A stretch of DNA of 64,000 nt from Candidatus Bathyarchaeota archaeon (GTDB lineage Archaea > Thermoproteota > Bathyarchaeia > Bathyarchaeales > Bathycorpusculaceae). The DNA is taken from NCBI GenBank assembly GCA_963828195.1, contig CAWHDT010000003.1:128001-192000 (forward strand), in the 5' to 3' direction. The notes beneath the pieces were generated by a model that saw only the letters and a list, made by a program, of their open reading frames with translations, was not told the DNA's origin and made no database searches. Position 1 is the first letter of the stretch, and each line of letters opens with the position of its first letter. This document shows positions 29,945-39,933 of this stretch, piece by piece. Position numbers and translations under genes: made by a program.

Positions 29945-31375
29945 CTAAATCTGATTATTTATCGAACGCGTGCTGTTTCGCTCTGCTCTTTTACCTAAAA
30001 AGAATGCGACGACTGCCACTGCAATAAATGCTATTGCTACTGCTGCAACAGTCAAATCTTGAGGTGCAGATGCATTAGACTTCTGTGATTGCAGAGTTAA
30101 AGGTGACGCGCTTGGAGATGTGGTTGATGAAGTGGTTGTGGATACAGGTGTTGGCGCCGTTTTGTTGGGCGGATTCTGGGATTGTATTGAGGTTGAATTG
30201 GAAGTTGTGGTTGGCGTGGCTGTCGAGGGCGATGCGTTAGGGGTTGGTATAGGCGCATTTGGGTTAGGCAGTGCATCAGGGTTTGGAGCAGTCAAAAAGG
30301 GAACGAAATTAACTGTGCCCACGGTAAAGTCATCTTTATAGTCGTAGATTGTTTGGTTGATTGCCTGTTGGTCACTTGTTCCCCACCAATTATTAATTAA
30401 GTTAATTTCTGAAGTTGCATCTAGGGTAAGTTTGGCGTTCAGTTGATTGTCATAAATGTTGTTGTCAACTATTGTGGGGACAATGGAGCTTTCAACTTGA
30501 ATCCCCACAGCATTGTTGGTGATCGTGTTATTTTCGACAGTAACAGCGCTGGCGTCTGAATTTTGAAAGTCTACAGAGATTCCGACGAGGCTGTCGTTTA
30601 TCAAGTTAAACTCGATTAAAGTTGAAGCTGTGGATCCAGATTCATCGTTTAAATACAGGCTGAAGAGGGTGTTGTCGGCGACGACGCTGCTTCCGGCGCC
30701 AATGTAGAGGTTGCCTGTAATCTGGTTATTTGAAATTACTGGTGATCCGCCTGTGACGCTGAGCGGTGTATCAATGTTATTGTTTTCAATTGTAGGTGAT
30801 CCGCCTGTAAGAGTGAGGGCGCCGCTTAGCAGAGAACTGTCGCTAATTCTTACGCTGCTTGAAATCTCAAATTCAACGTTGGAAATCACGGTATTTTCTA
30901 TTACTGACCCGGAATTTGTCTGTTGGTTCCAACTTGTGCTGGAGGATGAAAAAGTGATTGCGGAGTAAAAGGCAATGATGATGTGCCCCTGCACGTCGCC
31001 GTTTATGTAAATTGGGTTGCTGCTTGTGCCTACTGCAGACAAAACGCCGTTAACATCTATGCCGTCGCCTATGAGTCCCATGGTGATGTTAGCGCCTGGT
31101 TGAATGATTAGGGAACCATTATCCTCTAGGTAATAGTTGTTGAGGTTGACTGTGGCATCAGCACCTATTGTTAAAGTGACTCCGCTGTTAACAAGGACGT
31201 TTCCAGTGAAATTGTAGGGGCTATTTGCTTGACTCCAAGTGGTATCTGAGCTAATTATGTAGCTGACGTTTGTGCCGCTTTGAGCTTTTCCAAAAGGCAT
31301 TGTGCCAACAAAAGCTAACCCGCCGATCATAAGTGCAATCAAGAATGCACTCAAAAAAGCTTTAGTCTTTGCCAT
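29945..31375 (-). CDS. Secreted right-handed parallel beta-helix (pectin-lyase-like) surface protein with C-terminal TM anchor
   Basis: Signal peptide from MAKTK, DTTWSQANSPY, repeated I.NN.I, NNWWGT, S/T/P linker, TM plus basic tail. Confidence 0.8.
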   Translation of the reverse strand: MAKTKAFLSAFLIALMIGGLAFVGTMPFGKAQSGTNVSYIISSDTTWSQANSPYNFTGNVLVNSGVTLTIGADATVNLNNYYLEDNGSLIIQPGANITMGLIGDGIDVNGVLSAVGTSSNPIYINGDVQGHIIIAFYSAITFSSSSTSWNQQTNSGSVIENTVISNVEFEISSSVRISDSSLLSGALTLTGGSPTIENNNIDTPLSVTGGSPVISNNQITGNLYIGAGSSVVADNTLFSLYLNDESGSTASTLIEFNLINDSLVGISVDFQNSDASAVTVENNTITNNAVGIQVESSIVPTIVDNNIYDNQLNAKLTLDATSEINLINNWWGTSDQQAINQTIYDYKDDFTVGTVNFVPFLTAPNPDALPNPNAPIPTPNASPSTATPTTTSNSTSIQSQNPPNKTAPTPVSTTTSSTTSPSASPLTLQSQKSNASAPQDLTVAAVAIAFIAVAVVAFFLGKRAERNSTRSINNQI

Positions 31376-31578
31376 AGCACTCACTAAATTATCTGTACTG
31401 CGTGAGCGCTTAAGAGAGTTTTTGTAAAAATTTGTTGACACAAGATTTCTTGACTATGCAGAACCAATCTTGCTTTCAAAACGGCTTTAGCTTTTCAAAC
31501 GATAGTCATGTCCAGTGTAGCGGGACGAGTGATATATCGACTTTAAAAGTTTAGACGTATGTGTTTAAGGAGATGTTT

Positions 31579-31665
31579 ATGGTGAAGAAAACAACCATAA
31601 TCTTGCGGGATGATGTCTACCAAACTTTGAAAGAGAACGCGGGCGCCCAAAACATTTCAAGGTAA
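31579..31665 (+). pseudogene. Truncated ribbon-helix-helix antitoxin-like ORF
   Basis: AAGGAG RBS, MVKKTTIILRDDVYQTLKENAGAQNISR* resembles N-terminus of archaeal VapB-type antitoxins; no toxin follows. Confidence 0.45.
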
Positions 31666-31784
31666 CTCAGATTCAAGCCCAAAACCCACACAAATCAAAC
31701 TGAAATAAGCCCTGAATTTGACCAGCCTACCCTATGAGGCGGTCTAGTATTTACACTAAAAATCCACTGTAAATATGGCAGGCA

Positions 31785-31891
31785 GAAGAAGAAGAAAAAT
31801 TGTTTTCATCAGCTTCTTCTTCTTTTAAAAATAAATATTTTGCCGAGAAGAACAACAGTTGTTTTTTGGGTGTTGTTGTTCTTTCAAAATT
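31785..31891. repeat. Dispersed ~105-bp double-hairpin repeat, copy 1
   Basis: Near-identical to 56598-56699; stems GAAGAAGAAG/CTTCTTCTTC and AAGAACAACA/TGTTGTTCTT. Confidence 0.85.
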
Positions 31892-31930
31892 GAAAATTGG
31901 TAACAAAAATTCAGCCAAACAGCGGCTTTT

Positions 31931-33175
31931 TTATGCTTCTTTGATGCTTGGCTCATAAACTTTCCAAAAAATAAAAATTGAAAGCGGAATCGCGGATGCT
32001 GCCAGCAAGAGGAAGGGCAGTTGCGGTGATACAAATGCGTATAGCGCTCCGACCAGAATTAGGAAGACTGCCTGCGTCAGGTACATGAAGAACTGCAGGC
32101 TCCCTATGGCTGTTCCCCGTATGTTCCTCGGGATCAAGTCGCCCATTAGGACTTGGTAGCTGTTGAGTTGAAGCAGGTTGCCGAGGCCGAAGAAGAAAAA
32201 GGCAAGCAGCAGCATGTCAAAATTGGCGTTTATGAAAAGCAGCATTCCTGGAACATACAGGAGGTAGCCAAGTATCAGGAAGCGTTTTCTGCCCAAGGTG
32301 TCCATGCTGAACCCCGCGAGGATGGCTGGAACCGAAATGGTCAGGTACATGAAAGCTAAGACAATAGCCCATTGCGAGAGAGACATTTTAAGGATGGAGG
32401 TTGCGTAAACCACGAAGTATGTTTGGCAGCCTGCAACTAACCCGTTTATGACTATGATGGCTACAAAAAGGTTGAAAGCTGACGTTGGAAGCTTCCGCCA
32501 AACATTTATGCCTTCTCTAACCGATTTCGGGTAGTCTCTTAAAGCATTTAAGAAAGTTGGACGTTCTTTTCCGTCTTTGCCCGTCAACGTCTCTTTTAAT
32601 CTAAGTCTGAGAACTGCAATCCCAAAGTACATCACTGCCACAAAAGTGTAAGCTATCCGCATACCTAAATCAAAGTGAAAGGTAACAACCAAAAACTGTG
32701 CAATAAGCGGGGCGGGCAAGATTACAATTGTCGAAATAACTGTTTGGAAACTGTACCCTGCGCCCCTGTTCTGCGGAGCCAAAGAATCCAGGTCCATAGC
32801 CATCAATGCTGGACCGTAAATAGAGCACAGGTTTTGTATCAGAATTCCCAGCAGCAAGAAGGGCCATGAAGGAGCCAAAATAAAAAACAATGTCCCAACG
32901 CCCAAGCCGAAAGTCATAGTGACTATGAGCCATCTTCTGCCGTGTTTATCTGCTAAGTAGCCGCCTGGAAACTGGACCAGAGCAAGCGCGACTGCGCCGG
33001 CAAAACCCATGATTGAAATTAGAAACACGTTGGCTCCAAGGTGCAGGTAAAAAAGGCTGGAGTAGGTGTCGGGGATGGGCTGCGCAAAAAACATGATGAT
33101 CCAGCTTACGGTTATCAGTAGAAAGTTTCCTTTTAGGACGGCTGAGTCTCCTCGGAAAAGCTCTGACAGCTTCAT
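31931..33175 (-). CDS. MFS transporter
   Basis: About 12 TM; motif A GGYLADKHGRR and MDTLGRKR. Confidence 0.93.
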   Translation of the reverse strand: MKLSELFRGDSAVLKGNFLLITVSWIIMFFAQPIPDTYSSLFYLHLGANVFLISIMGFAGAVALALVQFPGGYLADKHGRRWLIVTMTFGLGVGTLFFILAPSWPFLLLGILIQNLCSIYGPALMAMDLDSLAPQNRGAGYSFQTVISTIVILPAPLIAQFLVVTFHFDLGMRIAYTFVAVMYFGIAVLRLRLKETLTGKDGKERPTFLNALRDYPKSVREGINVWRKLPTSAFNLFVAIIVINGLVAGCQTYFVVYATSILKMSLSQWAIVLAFMYLTISVPAILAGFSMDTLGRKRFLILGYLLYVPGMLLFINANFDMLLLAFFFFGLGNLLQLNSYQVLMGDLIPRNIRGTAIGSLQFFMYLTQAVFLILVGALYAFVSPQLPFLLLAASAIPLSIFIFWKVYEPSIKEA

Positions 33176-33339
33176 TTGCTTAAGAAATCGGCTTAAGCAT
33201 ATTTAAATTAAGAGCGATTTGAGGCGAAGTTGCTCTGCAAACGGGGTGAACGGAAGCAAACGACAAAATTAGGAACCATGATTCTACAAATGGAAATCTG
33301 GCTACTTGCTTTTCTTGGTCTTCAAATAAAAACAGAAAA

Positions 33340-33579
33340 TCATGAGGTGGCTGCTTTGATTGGCGAATCTAACCCGTTTTGGAACACTTGAACGCCGTAG
33401 TGGAGCAGGCTTTTTACGGCGCTTATCCTGCTTCCCGGCACGGAAGCAACGCCATGAATCAAACCGTACAAAGACAGAAACGCCATAACCAAAAACGTAG
33501 AGCGGGAGTAGACCAGGAGCAATAAGACAAAGAGGGACAATTTAGTAAATCCTTCAGTTGACGCCTTTTGCAAGCTCAT
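33340..33579 (-). CDS. Possible small membrane protein
   Basis: 79-aa ORF with hydrophobic N-half in an otherwise empty gap. Confidence 0.35.
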   Translation of the reverse strand: MSLQKASTEGFTKLSLFVLLLLVYSRSTFLVMAFLSLYGLIHGVASVPGSRISAVKSLLHYGVQVFQNGLDSPIKAATS

Positions 33580-33784
33580 TGTGCTATTTCTCGCAGTTGT
33601 TATCTCTTCAACGGAAAAAGTTAAGGGTTGTGCTTAAGTCTCGACATTCTTGAAGAACACTACTCAGTTATGCGCCGAAATTGACAAACGAGTTTAAATC
33701 AGCCTAAAATGATTGAATTCAGAAAATGCCTTCCCCCCGCAATTCTTAAATCGCCCTTGCCAAGAGCTTAATTAGATTAATACA

Positions 33785-35158
33785 ATGCAAAGCTCAGTAG
33801 AAGGAAAATACAAGCTTAAAGCATTAAAGATTTCAGCAATCGCAATCCTTAGCGTTGTAATAGTTGAAGTTTCAATAGGATTATTCGTTAACAGTTTGGC
33901 AATACTAAGCGACGGCTTACATGCTTTGCTCGATGTTGTTTCAACGGTCATGCTTTTTTTTGCGGTTCGAGCCTCAATCAAGCCGCCTGATGAAGAACAC
34001 ACATATGGACACGAAAAGTTTGAAACCATAGGCGGCTTAATCGGAGGAATAGTTTTAATTGCGGTTGCGTTCTTGATTTTTTATGAAGCCGCGTTAAGAT
34101 TGACTGGATTAGAGAATGCACAGATCAATCAAGGCGGCGTTTACGTTGGTTTCATCGCGATTGGCTACGCGATGTTTATTGCTTCTTTAAGGGTTACCGT
34201 CTTCAGAAAAACTCAGCACATGGAAAGCCCCTCCATGAAAATAGGTCTCTACGACGCAGTTTCTGACTTGAGCTCAACATTGCTTGCTCTTCTGGGATTC
34301 GGTTTGGCTGCTTTAGGTTTTCTTTACGGGGATGCTTTAGCATCAATCTTCCTCGGAGTCATGCTTACTTACCTCAGCGTTAAGCTCATACGGTACAGCG
34401 TCATGGAACTTAGCGATACCGCGTCAAAGGAGCTGGTTCAGAAAACAAGAAAAGTGATTCTTTCACACGAGGGGATTGTGAAAGCTGATAACCTCAAAGT
34501 CCGCAAAGTTAGCTCCAAAATTTTCGTAGATGCAGCCGTACAAGTTCCAAGTCATATGCCCTTGGAAGAGGCTCATTCTTTGGTCTCCACTATTGAAACC
34601 GACTTGAAGCAATCTCTCGGAAATGTAGATGCCACGATCCATGTTGAACCGTCAGAAAAAGAAGCAAAAATGGATCAGCTGGTAAAAAAACTGGCAACAG
34701 TGGAGGGTGTTAAAGAGGTTCATGAAATCTCAACCATTTACACTGGCGGCAAATTCTACATTACATTACATGCCTACGTGGACCCCGAGATGTCAGTTGA
34801 AGATGCACATAAAATAGCGGAGAACATTGAACGAAGAATGAAAGCCGAAATTAAACCTCTTGAAAACGTAACTGTACATGTGGAGCCTTCAGGTATTGCG
34901 GTCCCAGCGCCGGAAGCAAATGAGGCACAGCTTAAGAGGGCAGTTCACGAAGTCGCCGAAGGCATCGGTAACTTGCAAATCAAGCGAATAGTAACTTACG
35001 TCGCAGAAGGCAAACGTTACATCAACATTGATTGCTGCTTCATCAAACAAATCCACATAAAAGACGCACACAAGATTGCCTCACAGCTTGAAGAAGAAAC
35101 AAAAGAACGGTTCGCTGACGCGGTCGTCACAGTGCACATTGAACCAGAATGCCCATAA
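33785..35158 (+). CDS. Cation diffusion facilitator with three C-terminal ZT_dimer domains
   Basis: SLAILSDGLHALLD, PPDEEHTYGHEKFE, three repeats ending AH..A..IE...HVEP/HIEP. Confidence 0.92.
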   Translation: MQSSVEGKYKLKALKISAIAILSVVIVEVSIGLFVNSLAILSDGLHALLDVVSTVMLFFAVRASIKPPDEEHTYGHEKFETIGGLIGGIVLIAVAFLIFYEAALRLTGLENAQINQGGVYVGFIAIGYAMFIASLRVTVFRKTQHMESPSMKIGLYDAVSDLSSTLLALLGFGLAALGFLYGDALASIFLGVMLTYLSVKLIRYSVMELSDTASKELVQKTRKVILSHEGIVKADNLKVRKVSSKIFVDAAVQVPSHMPLEEAHSLVSTIETDLKQSLGNVDATIHVEPSEKEAKMDQLVKKLATVEGVKEVHEISTIYTGGKFYITLHAYVDPEMSVEDAHKIAENIERRMKAEIKPLENVTVHVEPSGIAVPAPEANEAQLKRAVHEVAEGIGNLQIKRIVTYVAEGKRYINIDCCFIKQIHIKDAHKIASQLEEETKERFADAVVTVHIEPECP

Positions 35159-35237
35159 AAGTTAAAGATTAAGATGATTAAATTCTTAAAAATAATGTTT
35201 TATCAAAATAATTGAGAAAAAAGAAAGAAAGGGGATT

Positions 35238-36020
35238 TTATTTTTTAGCTTTTCTTGTGTATGCGTATGTTCCAAATGCGACAATGACCAGTGCCATCGC
35301 CGTGAAAATTGCGGCTGCAGACGAAAACTCATTCACTGTCGGCGAGGTGGATGTGCCAACTGGGCTGAAAACTGCTTCGTAGCTGTACGTGTTTCCATAG
35401 CCGTGGTCAACGTTGTAGGGATTGTTTGTCGGCGTAGCTGTATATGAGTATGAACCGTGGTCGTTCATTGGAGTGCCACCAATGACCCAGTTGTCAAATT
35501 GCCATCCGTTGTTTGGAATCGCTGTCAAATCAAGTGAAGTAGCGTTGGCTAATTCGTATGTTCCCGGCGCGGGGCTTGTGGTTCCTCCAACTCCAGCTAT
35601 CACAACAACTATTGCATTAGTAGCGGAATTGGTTTGAACTGCTGGGGGTATAATGGTGTCTGGTGTAAATGTTGCCTGTATAGCGTAGGCGCTCTCGTTA
35701 AGAGTAATTGTGAGCGGGTTATCAACGGCATCGGTATATGAGTAAGCTGCAGTTACAATAGTCCACAATCCGAAGCTAAAACCGTCACCGGGGACCGCTG
35801 TGAATGTCTGAGACGACCCATCGGCATAAGTGTATGGACCTGGGGTTTGAACTGAGCCGTCAGTATTAGCGTATGATCCTCCCACTGAGGCTATGAGGGT
35901 TACAGTGTCGTTCGTCTGTGCTTTCGCGATTGGTGCGTAATTATTTGCGACGGCCATTAGAAGTGTTGCTGTTAGCAAGGTAAATACGACGATTCTCAAT
36001 GTTTTCGATGTTTTTGCCAA
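35238..36020 (-). CDS. Surface protein with two InlB-B/Flg_new-like repeats and PEF-CTERM-like anchor
   Basis: TTG start with GGAG; signal peptide; GGS/GGT..PG.Y..TA.P..G..F..W repeats; C-terminal VNEF plus TM plus basic tail. Confidence 0.75.
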   Translation of the reverse strand: MAKTSKTLRIVVFTLLTATLLMAVANNYAPIAKAQTNDTVTLIASVGGSYANTDGSVQTPGPYTYADGSSQTFTAVPGDGFSFGLWTIVTAAYSYTDAVDNPLTITLNESAYAIQATFTPDTIIPPAVQTNSATNAIVVVIAGVGGTTSPAPGTYELANATSLDLTAIPNNGWQFDNWVIGGTPMNDHGSYSYTATPTNNPYNVDHGYGNTYSYEAVFSPVGTSTSPTVNEFSSAAAIFTAMALVIVAFGTYAYTRKAKK

Positions 36021-36066
36021 TTTTTTATTCTCCGTTAAAAGTAGATAATTCAATGTAGGTGCATTC

Positions 36067-36118
36067 GATATATTAACTTTGTGATTCCTACTCATTTGAT
36101 ATATAAAACTTTGTGATT
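36067..36118 (-). promoter_or_regulatory. Tandem duplicated BRE/TATA-like promoter elements
   Basis: AATCACAAAGTT(T)(T/A)ATATATC twice, about 31 bp apart, upstream of the 35238-36020 gene. Confidence 0.5.
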
Positions 36119-36414
36119 GTATTAATGCAGCAACAATTATGCGAAAATAAATTGTTTTCCAAAAATAAAAAAGAGCTGATGTGTATCACAGTTCATTCAA
36201 CTTTAATCAGAAAGCAGACAAACGCTAAACTCCTTAATCAATAATGAAGAAAAAGACACAGAGGCAACACGAGAAAGGCAGGGCAAACCCAAAATGTCAG
36301 GTTTGATTGACCCAGAATAGATTAGTTTATTTCCAGTAACATAAAAAGCGGGCTCAGTTATTTTTTAAAATCAAAAACGCTTTAATGGTTAACGTTATAT
36401 AGTGACCTGTGTAA

Positions 36415-38691
36415 ATGTACGAGTGTGCGACGGAAATGTTGTCTCGTTCAGCCAAAGTTAAATTGAAAGCGATTTTGATTATTGACATAATTATTATAGG
36501 CGGAGCTGCAGGAGCCTATCTTTATCTTCAAAATCGGGGACTGATCGCAAATGCAGCTAAACCAGCTACTTTTACTATAACAGACCTCACTATCGATCCT
36601 CCAGTAGCAAACGTGACAGATGCCATAGAAATCTCAGTCAACGTAACAAACGTGGGCGCTTTAGAAGGCAACGCAACAATAAATCTTGAAATTAACAATG
36701 CAACAAAAAACACCGAGAACGTAACGCTTACAGGCGGAGGATCTCAACTTGTCCAGTTTACCGATATAGAAACAACGCCGGGGAATTATACTGTGCAAAT
36801 TGGTGACTTGACGGGAATGTTTACAATTAATCCTGCTCCGCCAGGGTCAAGTAAGATAATATTGTCTAACCTGTTTTTTTCGCCGTATGAAGTCTGGCCA
36901 AATCAACCTGTTAACGTGACGGCAACCGCTGAAAACCCGACTGACCAGCCTGACAGCCTTGCTGTTACGGTTTCGCTTGATGGCACAGCTGTGGAAACTA
37001 ATGTTATTTCGGTAAATGCAAGCACGAGCGAAATTGTAGAATTTACTGTTAATGCTACAACGTTAGGATGGCACACTGTTAATCTGAACACATTAAGCGG
37101 GCAATTCTCAGTTGTTAAGACCGGTTACCACACGCTTTTAATTAACAGGTCTGGCGGAGGCTCCACACCTTTACCCTTCACCTTAAACGGAGCAGGCTAT
37201 AACACGCCTTTCAGTCAACTTATGCCCGTGGGGCAATACACCATAACTGTCCCAAGTCCATTTAGCGTTGGAACCGGGGTGCTGGCGTTTTCTTATTGGG
37301 AAGATGGCGAAACTAATCCGACGCGAACTTTCACGTTAAATCAAGATATGATAGTGATTGCAACGTACACTTTGATTAGTGGATATGCCTCTTGTCCGTC
37401 GCTTTATACTTGGAATGGAACAGCCTACTCTTACGTCACTGACGTTTCAAATGCCGGTTGGTTGGGATACACCGGGTACATGACAAGTAGCGGCAGCATT
37501 GTGAATATAGGCGGAAACCCCTGGGACAACGTGAAACTTAACCAAAACCAGATGGCGTTAACAGACATTGACGGCACCAACTGCTATGACATGACTCTTT
37601 TCCAGCAAGCCGATGAACTCTTCTACTTAGACGCGGCATATTTGCTAGTTGTTGATCACCCAGCAGGCACCAACGTCTACTCAAGTGTAACTAATTATCT
37701 TAACCAAGGGTTAAATGATCAAATCTACACGGTAAACCAAACTACCACAACATCCCCTCTCAGCGCGACTTATGTTTGGGGACCAAACGGCACCAACGCT
37801 CAAGGCGAAAATGTCTTGCCTCAAATTTCGAAGCTTGATGGTGTTTTCACGCCTGGAAACAGCGGAGATCTTAGCCCCTCCTGGAATAACATCTACTTTA
37901 ATCAGTTAACAATGGACTTAGGAAACCTATCCTCGGCAAACACAATCAAACTTGAAATAAACGGAATTGTCGATTGGGGTTCACCAGTTGACTATGACAA
38001 TTGGATAGCCAGCTTTAAGGCGGCAGCTGCACAGGGACTGGTAGCTACTGGAACACAAATAACGCCGCCCGCTTACATGGAAATTAAATATCCAAACGGC
38101 ACCTGGGTTCCTGTTCCGCAGAGTAGGCAGATGCCAATCCCGTCGGATTCTAACCCAAGAACTTTCGTGGTGGATTTAACTGGGCTATTCCCAGCTGGTT
38201 TAAGCGATTACCAGATCAAAATTGTCAATTTCTGGAATGTAACCTACGACTACATCGGAGTTGACACCAGCACGCAACAGAACATAACAATTCAAAAAAT
38301 CAGCCCAATCGCAACCCTAAGCCAAGTGTGGACAACCAACTCGACTTCTTCAGGAAACTTTACACAATATGGAAACGTAACGGCGCTGCTTCAAAGCGCA
38401 GACAACCAATATGTAATCGGACGCCAAGGCGACGAAGTTACTATGGAGTTTCCCGTCAGCAATTTAACGGCTCCTGCCCCAGGCATGGTTAGAGACTACT
38501 TCTTCTTCGTAGCATGCTGGTTTAAAGATCCGCCCGGAGGTTGGGGCTACGGATTCACCTTTACAGTAGACCCAATGCCTTTCCTCGGAATGACCGGATT
38601 TCCATACTCGACAGCTGAAAGCTACCCCTACACCGCAGCGAACCTGGCGTACCTGAAAGAGTACAATACGCGGGTAATTCCTACTTCATAA
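36415..38691 (+). CDS. Membrane-anchored extracellular protein: two CARDB/Ig-like domains plus C-terminal SCPxLYTWNG domain
   Basis: N-terminal TM; ISVNVTNVG and VNVTATAEN CARDB-like repeats; ASCPSLYTWNG...RDYFFFVACWFKD..VDPMPF.GM..FPY; start may be ATG 36436. Confidence 0.75.
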   Translation: MYECATEMLSRSAKVKLKAILIIDIIIIGGAAGAYLYLQNRGLIANAAKPATFTITDLTIDPPVANVTDAIEISVNVTNVGALEGNATINLEINNATKNTENVTLTGGGSQLVQFTDIETTPGNYTVQIGDLTGMFTINPAPPGSSKIILSNLFFSPYEVWPNQPVNVTATAENPTDQPDSLAVTVSLDGTAVETNVISVNASTSEIVEFTVNATTLGWHTVNLNTLSGQFSVVKTGYHTLLINRSGGGSTPLPFTLNGAGYNTPFSQLMPVGQYTITVPSPFSVGTGVLAFSYWEDGETNPTRTFTLNQDMIVIATYTLISGYASCPSLYTWNGTAYSYVTDVSNAGWLGYTGYMTSSGSIVNIGGNPWDNVKLNQNQMALTDIDGTNCYDMTLFQQADELFYLDAAYLLVVDHPAGTNVYSSVTNYLNQGLNDQIYTVNQTTTTSPLSATYVWGPNGTNAQGENVLPQISKLDGVFTPGNSGDLSPSWNNIYFNQLTMDLGNLSSANTIKLEINGIVDWGSPVDYDNWIASFKAAAAQGLVATGTQITPPAYMEIKYPNGTWVPVPQSRQMPIPSDSNPRTFVVDLTGLFPAGLSDYQIKIVNFWNVTYDYIGVDTSTQQNITIQKISPIATLSQVWTTNSTSSGNFTQYGNVTALLQSADNQYVIGRQGDEVTMEFPVSNLTAPAPGMVRDYFFFVACWFKDPPGGWGYGFTFTVDPMPFLGMTGFPYSTAESYPYTAANLAYLKEYNTRVIPTS

Positions 38692-38952
38692 CCCATTTTC
38701 TTGCCAAAACCTAAAAAAGGCGATTGGGCGGCAAAGATATGCAAGATTTAAAAGGTGCTCCTCATATTTTTAATATCTAAAAATTCATTGAGACCTCTGC
38801 ATGTCTTTCACTAGAAAATCCACTTATCGGCTTTGTGGAGCGTTTGCTCACGTTTTTGCATTGGTGGTTGCAGTCTTCATATCTTAGCTCTTGAGAGCCT
38901 TTAATGTTGAGCTTAAAGCCTAACTTACAATAATCGAAATGGCGAGAAAGAA

Positions 38953-39933
38953 ATGATTTGGGAAGTCATAGGAGACATATTAAGAATTTCAGTGCTTGGG
39001 GGGCTCGGAGCAGCGGGGATACTTGCCATTTTAATATGGAAAAGGAACAAAACTGTAAGAGTAACCTACATTCGGCTGGTCATTCAGGCGGTCGCTTTTG
39101 CAGCCATATTTTATATATTCAGTTATACTTTTCCGCTTATCTACGCTTTAATCGCCATTTTTGCGATGACTATAGTTTTAGGTCGGTTGTTCTGCGGTTG
39201 GTTTTGCCCATTCGGCTTTGTTATGGACCTAATTGTCCTGCTTAGAAAAGCACTCAAAATTCGTTACATAAACTTTTCTGACAAACTAAACATGATTCTA
39301 CACCAATCAAGATACGTAATACTGCTATTTTTCCTCCTTGTGCCCGCCATCTTATGGTATATCGCACCGCTTCCAAACATCAATTTCGCCTTCGATTTGG
39401 CGCAAATTTTGGGAGGTCCCTTCCATCCATATACTGTTCTGATTGATCCGTTGACACCTCTGATTGTTCCATATGCTGGTCCACTGGTTGTTAGCCATAT
39501 TAATTTCAGTTACCCGTACGTTCACGATATATTCAATTATTCGGGTCAAAATCTTGGTGAAATAATAGCTATTGCTTTTGTTGGTTTAACGTTGGTAGGT
39601 TCATTTTTTGTAAGGCGCGTTTGGTGCCGCTTCTGTCCAACAGGCGCTTCGTTTGGAGTCATGAATAGGTTTAAGGGGTTCAATTGGGCACCTCTGCTTC
39701 ATCTAGATAAAGATGAGGAAAAATGCACGAAGTGCGGCGTTTGCAAGAGAGTGTGTCAATCGCAAGTCCCCGACGTGTATGAACAGAAGGGTGGAAGAAT
39801 AAACACTTCAATGTGTATGTTATGCTTGCGGTGTGCTGAAATGTGTCCATACGAAGATGCCTTGAAATTGAAGTTGGGAAGTAAAACAGTGTTCAAATCG
39901 AGAAACTGGCTAGAGCCATCAACATGTGAGTGA
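38953..39933 (+). CDS. NapH/MauN-like membrane polyferredoxin
   Basis: TM helices; GRLFCGWFCPFG, WCRFCPTG, CTKCGVCKRVC, CMLCLRCAEMCP. Confidence 0.9.
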   Translation: MIWEVIGDILRISVLGGLGAAGILAILIWKRNKTVRVTYIRLVIQAVAFAAIFYIFSYTFPLIYALIAIFAMTIVLGRLFCGWFCPFGFVMDLIVLLRKALKIRYINFSDKLNMILHQSRYVILLFFLLVPAILWYIAPLPNINFAFDLAQILGGPFHPYTVLIDPLTPLIVPYAGPLVVSHINFSYPYVHDIFNYSGQNLGEIIAIAFVGLTLVGSFFVRRVWCRFCPTGASFGVMNRFKGFNWAPLLHLDKDEEKCTKCGVCKRVCQSQVPDVYEQKGGRINTSMCMLCLRCAEMCPYEDALKLKLGSKTVFKSRNWLEPSTCE

